From: Thermoanaerobaculia bacterium
GTDB taxonomy: Bacteria > Acidobacteriota > Thermoanaerobaculia > UBA5066 > Gp7-AA6
DNA: 64,000 bases
Assembly (NCBI GenBank): GCA_041912555.1
Contig: JAYRMU010000032.1
Coordinates: 45,614-109,613, forward strand
Direction of reading: 5' to 3'
Shown here: positions 60,491 through 64,000 of the stretch, in pieces
Numbering within the stretch: position 1 is the first letter of the stretch
Layout of the letters: each line of letters begins with the position of its first letter
Notes under the pieces: model-generated
Told to the model about the DNA's origin: nothing
Seen by the model: the letters and a program-made list of their open reading frames with translations, nothing else
Database searches by the model: none
Translations under genes and position numbers: made by a program

Positions 60491-60874
60491 CTAACCTCCG
60501 AAGAGCGAGCGGCCGAGGGCCAGCCCCGCGACGCCCGCGGCCAGGCAGGCGGCCAGGGTGAGGGCGACGTTGCCGAGAGCGAGGCGCCAGGCTCCGTCCT
60601 GGACATACCGGATCGTCTCGTAGTTGAACGTCGAATACGTGGTGAACCCGCCCATGACGCCGGTCGTGAGCGCCATGCGCAGGGTCGGGGACATCACGGG
60701 CGTCGCGACGCCGACCTGCATCAGGAAGCCGACGCAGAACGAGCCGATCAGGTTGACGAGGAACGTGCCGTAGGGAAATCCGGCGCCGAGCGCCGCGGCG
60801 GCCCAGCCGGAGAGCAGGTAACGCGCGCCCGTGCCCGCGGCGCCCCCGAGGCAGATCCAGAGGAACCGGCTCAT
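60491..60874 (-). CDS. crcB: Fluoride channel Fluc/CrcB
   Basis: GG..G...RY, FP.GT..VN..GSF, GVMGGFTTYSTF. Confidence 0.95.
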   Translation of the reverse strand: MSRFLWICLGGAAGTGARYLLSGWAAAALGAGFPYGTFLVNLIGSFCVGFLMQVGVATPVMSPTLRMALTTGVMGGFTTYSTFNYETIRYVQDGAWRLALGNVALTLAACLAAGVAGLALGRSLFGG

Positions 60875-61797
60875 GCGCCTCCCCCGCGTTCGAGCGTATC
60901 GTGGCAGGCCTCGGCGATGAAGAGGTCCTCGACGCCGAGGCCCGTGAAGTCGGCAACCGTGACGCCGGCGCGGTCGAAGGGGGCGGGCCGGGCGCAGAAC
61001 GCGCCGAGCTCGATCGCGCGGCTCTTTTCGGACGGGGCGTGCTGCAGCTCGCCGAGGCGCTCGCACTGGGAGAGGGAGTCCACCAGCAGCAGCGACGCGC
61101 GGCGCAGGATCCCGGCGTCGAGCTCCTGCTTGCCGGGGGAGTCGGCGCCCACGGCCGAGACGTGCGTGCCGGGCTGGAGGTCGGCGAAGCGGAGCAGCGG
61201 GGCGAGCGAGGCGGTCGCCGTCACAAGGAGCCGGGCCGCCGCGGCGACCTCCGCGGGGGAGCCGGCGGCGGCGACGCGGACGCCGGGCAGCCGCGCGCCG
61301 ATGTCGCGGGCGCAGGCCGCCGCGCGCCCGGCGTCGCGGCCCCAGACGCGGATGTCCGACAGCTTCAGGACTTCCGCGTGGAGCTCGGCCTGGAGCCGCG
61401 CCTGGACGCCCGTCCCGAGGATCCCGAGCGCGGTGTCGCCGCGGCCGAGCTCGCGGGCGGCCATCGCCGCCACCGCGGCGGTGCGCAGGTCGGTCAGGAA
61501 GCCGCCGTCGTCGAAGTACGCGACGGTCTCCCCGTTCTCGACGGAGACCAGGACAATGGAGCCGTACGGGCGCCGGGCGTAGGTGCCGGCGACCTTGAGC
61601 GCGAAATGGGCGCCGCCCCTCCGGTAGCTCGACTTGATGTGGACCTCGCCGCCGCCGCCCGCCGAGAGGTCGAGGTGCATGGGCATCGGCGTGTCGCATT
61701 CCCCCCGGGACTGCGCGAGGAGGGCCTCGCGCATCGCCGCCACGGCGCCCGCGCGGCTGACGGAACGGCGGATCGTTTCGGGGCCGACGACCTTCAT
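60871..61797 (-). CDS. Ornithine cyclodeaminase/mu-crystallin family protein
   Basis: LT..RTAA, GILGTG.QA, TAT.S..P, H..AVGAD..GK.EL, DFTGLG..D. Confidence 0.88.
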   Translation of the reverse strand: MKVVGPETIRRSVSRAGAVAAMREALLAQSRGECDTPMPMHLDLSAGGGGEVHIKSSYRRGGAHFALKVAGTYARRPYGSIVLVSVENGETVAYFDDGGFLTDLRTAAVAAMAARELGRGDTALGILGTGVQARLQAELHAEVLKLSDIRVWGRDAGRAAACARDIGARLPGVRVAAAGSPAEVAAAARLLVTATASLAPLLRFADLQPGTHVSAVGADSPGKQELDAGILRRASLLLVDSLSQCERLGELQHAPSEKSRAIELGAFCARPAPFDRAGVTVADFTGLGVEDLFIAEACHDTLERGGGA

Positions 61798-62759
61798 GCG
61801 GCGAGGATCCTGCGGACCGTCGGGAGCGCGACGTTGCGCCCCGACAGGACGGCGACGGCGGGGGCGCCGAGGCGCCCGGCCTTGCCCGTCAGGATCGCCG
61901 CGACGGTCACGGCCGCGGAGGGCTCGACCAGAATCTGGTGCCGGTCGAGCAGGAAGCGGACGGCCTCGAAGATCTCCTCTTCCGTGAGGAGCGCGACGCC
62001 GTCGATGCGGTCCTTCAGGACGTCGAAGCCGGTCTTCCCGATGCCGCCCTCGAGGCCGCCCGCCGCGGTCGCGACCGGGGGCAGCGTCAGGACCGCCTCG
62101 CCGCGCTCGAGGGAGAGCGCGAGGGCGGGCGAGAGAGCGTGCTGGCAGCCGAGGATGCGCGCGTCGGGCAGGGCGGTCTTCGCGTAGTAGGCGAAGCCTC
62201 CCGCTAGACCCGCGCCCCCGACCGGCAGCAGGAACGCGCGGGCTTCCGTGCAGTCTTCGATCGTCTCGGCCGCCAGCGTTCCCCCGTTGGCGGCGAGGAT
62301 CAGGGGATCGTCGAAGGCCGTCAGGAAGGGCCGCCCGGAGCGGGCCGCCGCGGCGCGCGCGAGCCGCTCGGTGTCGTCGAATCCGTCGCAGTCCGAGCGC
62401 ACCACGTTCGCCCCGAGTGCGAGCATGCCCTGGTACTTCGACTCGTCTACGCCGCGGGGCACGTGGACCTCGGCGGGAATGCCGAGCTCCCGCGCGACGT
62501 GCGCGACGGCCTTCCCGTGGTTTCCGGCGGAGCAGGTCACGACGCCCGCCCGGCGCTCCTCGGCGGACAGGCGCGAGAGGACGAAGAAGGCGCCGCGGAT
62601 CTTGAAGGACCCCGTGATCTGCTGCGACTCGAGCTTCAGGAATACGGGGACGCCGGCCTTCTCCGAGAGGGACGGCGACGCCTCGACCGGCGTGCGGCGA
62701 ATGCGCCCGAGCAGGGACCGGCGCGCCTCGAGCACGAGGCCCATGTCGAGGGCCGTCAC
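61794..62759 (-). CDS. PLP-dependent threonine/serine dehydratase family protein
   Basis: KLESQQITGSFKIRG, SAGNHG, PVGGAGL, SG.N; ATGA overlap with the OCD-like gene. Confidence 0.88.
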   Translation of the reverse strand: MTALDMGLVLEARRSLLGRIRRTPVEASPSLSEKAGVPVFLKLESQQITGSFKIRGAFFVLSRLSAEERRAGVVTCSAGNHGKAVAHVARELGIPAEVHVPRGVDESKYQGMLALGANVVRSDCDGFDDTERLARAAAARSGRPFLTAFDDPLILAANGGTLAAETIEDCTEARAFLLPVGGAGLAGGFAYYAKTALPDARILGCQHALSPALALSLERGEAVLTLPPVATAAGGLEGGIGKTGFDVLKDRIDGVALLTEEEIFEAVRFLLDRHQILVEPSAAVTVAAILTGKAGRLGAPAVAVLSGRNVALPTVRRILAA

Positions 62760-63529
62760 GGCGGGCCCGGCTCGACGTGCAGGGCCCGGGCGATCTCGCC
62801 CCGGACCTTCTCGGCGAGAGAGGCGGCGTCGGCCGCCGTCAGGCCCGCGACCGACACGGGGGGCAGGACCTCCACGGTCGCGGTCGTCCGCTGGAACACC
62901 AGCGAGTGCTTCGGCAGCGCGGTCTCGGTGCCCGAGATCGCGAGCGGAACGATGTCGACGCCGAGGTCGATGGCGAGCCGGAACGCGCCCTCGCGGAACT
63001 TTCCGAGGCTCCCGTCCGCGCTGCGCGTGCCCTCGGGGAACACGACGACCGAGCTCTTGTCGAGCAGGCGCTGGCGCATGTCGAGCATCGCGCGGCGCGC
63101 GCTCTCCTTGTCGCCGCGCGCGATCGGGATGTCGCCCGCGAGCTTCATTTCCCAGCCGAGCAGCCAGATGCGGAAGACCGAGTCCTTGGAGAGGAACTTC
63201 ATCTCCCAGGGCAGCAGCGAGAGCAGGTAGACGTCGGCCATCGAGCGGTGGTTCGAGACGAAGAGGTACGGGCGCCTCGCGTCCGGGTGGACCGTGTCGA
63301 CGACGCGAAAATCCCAGAACGGGTTGCACTTGATCCCGACGACGCCGGCGTTGCGCAGGATCCGCCCGATCCGGTGGCGGCCGGGGTCCGCGTGGCGCGT
63401 GAGCAGCCGGAAGACGCCCATGAACGGGGCCCAGAGGATCACGTTCACGACGTTCAGGAGCCACCAGAGGTACGACAGCGGAACCGCGAAGGGACGCAGC
63501 TCGTAGAAGCGCCGGCGCGGTTTCTCCAC
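62756..63529 (-). CDS. Lysophospholipid acyltransferase (PlsC family)
   Basis: NHRSMAD (HxxxxD), FPEGTRS, F..GAF motifs. Confidence 0.92.
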   Translation of the reverse strand: MEKPRRRFYELRPFAVPLSYLWWLLNVVNVILWAPFMGVFRLLTRHADPGRHRIGRILRNAGVVGIKCNPFWDFRVVDTVHPDARRPYLFVSNHRSMADVYLLSLLPWEMKFLSKDSVFRIWLLGWEMKLAGDIPIARGDKESARRAMLDMRQRLLDKSSVVVFPEGTRSADGSLGKFREGAFRLAIDLGVDIVPLAISGTETALPKHSLVFQRTTATVEVLPPVSVAGLTAADAASLAEKVRGEIARALHVEPGPP

Positions 63530-63561
63530 CGGGCGAGGATTCTAACCGGCGGGCGCGGCCC

Positions 63562-63966
63562 TCAATACATCTTTCGCACGCGGGCCGGCGCGCCGCGCCG
63601 CGCCTTGAGGGGCCCGAGGACGGCGCCCTTTCCGTCCGGCACGACCTCGAGGGTCAGCGTGTCGCCCTCGACGGTTCCGCGGTAACGGACCGGAACGGCC
63701 GGCGGCGGGGGGTCGCCCTTGCGGACCGGTCCGGGCTTCTCGCGCACGACCGTGCCCGCCACGTCGAAGCGGCCGGCGGCGTCCGGAACGAGCGGACCTT
63801 CGGTCTTCCCGTGCGCGCCGTCGAGGTCGATCTCGGCGCCGGCCGGGCCGGCGTCGACCCGGAGGCCGATCCCACCCCACGTCCCCTCGGCGGCCGAAGC
63901 CGCGGGGGTCGGGGAGGCGGCGGGCTCGGGCCGAACCGCGAGGAACAGGGCCAGCGCCAGCATCAT
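63562..63966 (-). CDS. Exported hypothetical protein
   Basis: Signal peptide; G.WGG..., PGPVR and RKM/C-type C-terminal pattern; GC3-biased codons. Confidence 0.65.
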   Translation of the reverse strand: MMLALALFLAVRPEPAASPTPAASAAEGTWGGIGLRVDAGPAGAEIDLDGAHGKTEGPLVPDAAGRFDVAGTVVREKPGPVRKGDPPPPAVPVRYRGTVEGDTLTLEVVPDGKGAVLGPLKARRGAPARVRKMY

Positions 63967-64000
63967 CGCGAATCGAGAATAGCAGGCGCGCGTCGCGCCC

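Overview
Very GC-rich (about 70% or more by eye), densely coding bacterial DNA with about 60 genuine CDSs. Most long six-frame ORFs are GC shadow frames. An ADOP-type ABC permease, two VPS10/BNR glycosyl hydrolases and several small conserved membrane proteins suggest Acidobacteriota, possibly Thermoanaerobaculia (inference, not searched). I found no rRNA, tRNA, CRISPR array, integrase or transposase. The main block is a complete Hyb-type (group 1c-like) [NiFe]-hydrogenase locus, hybOABC-hybD-hypA-hypB-Rieske-hypFCDE-crotonase-Ni transporter (37.7-51.0 kb). The strongest leads are: (1) a probable unannotated selenoprotein, in which ORFs 1941-3038 and 1194-1919 are one frame joined by a TGA lying in a thioredoxin U-x-x-S motif and followed by a SECIS-like hairpin; (2) a catalytically dead GAPDH paralogue translationally coupled to an intact gap; (3) a stand-alone crotonase after hypE with a HypX-like G-x-E motif; (4) a promoter-leader-terminator element at 11.47-11.61 kb; (5) a 100-bp-period palindromic tandem repeat; and (6) repeated -10 boxes placed 6-9 nt before start codons, suggesting leaderless mRNAs.
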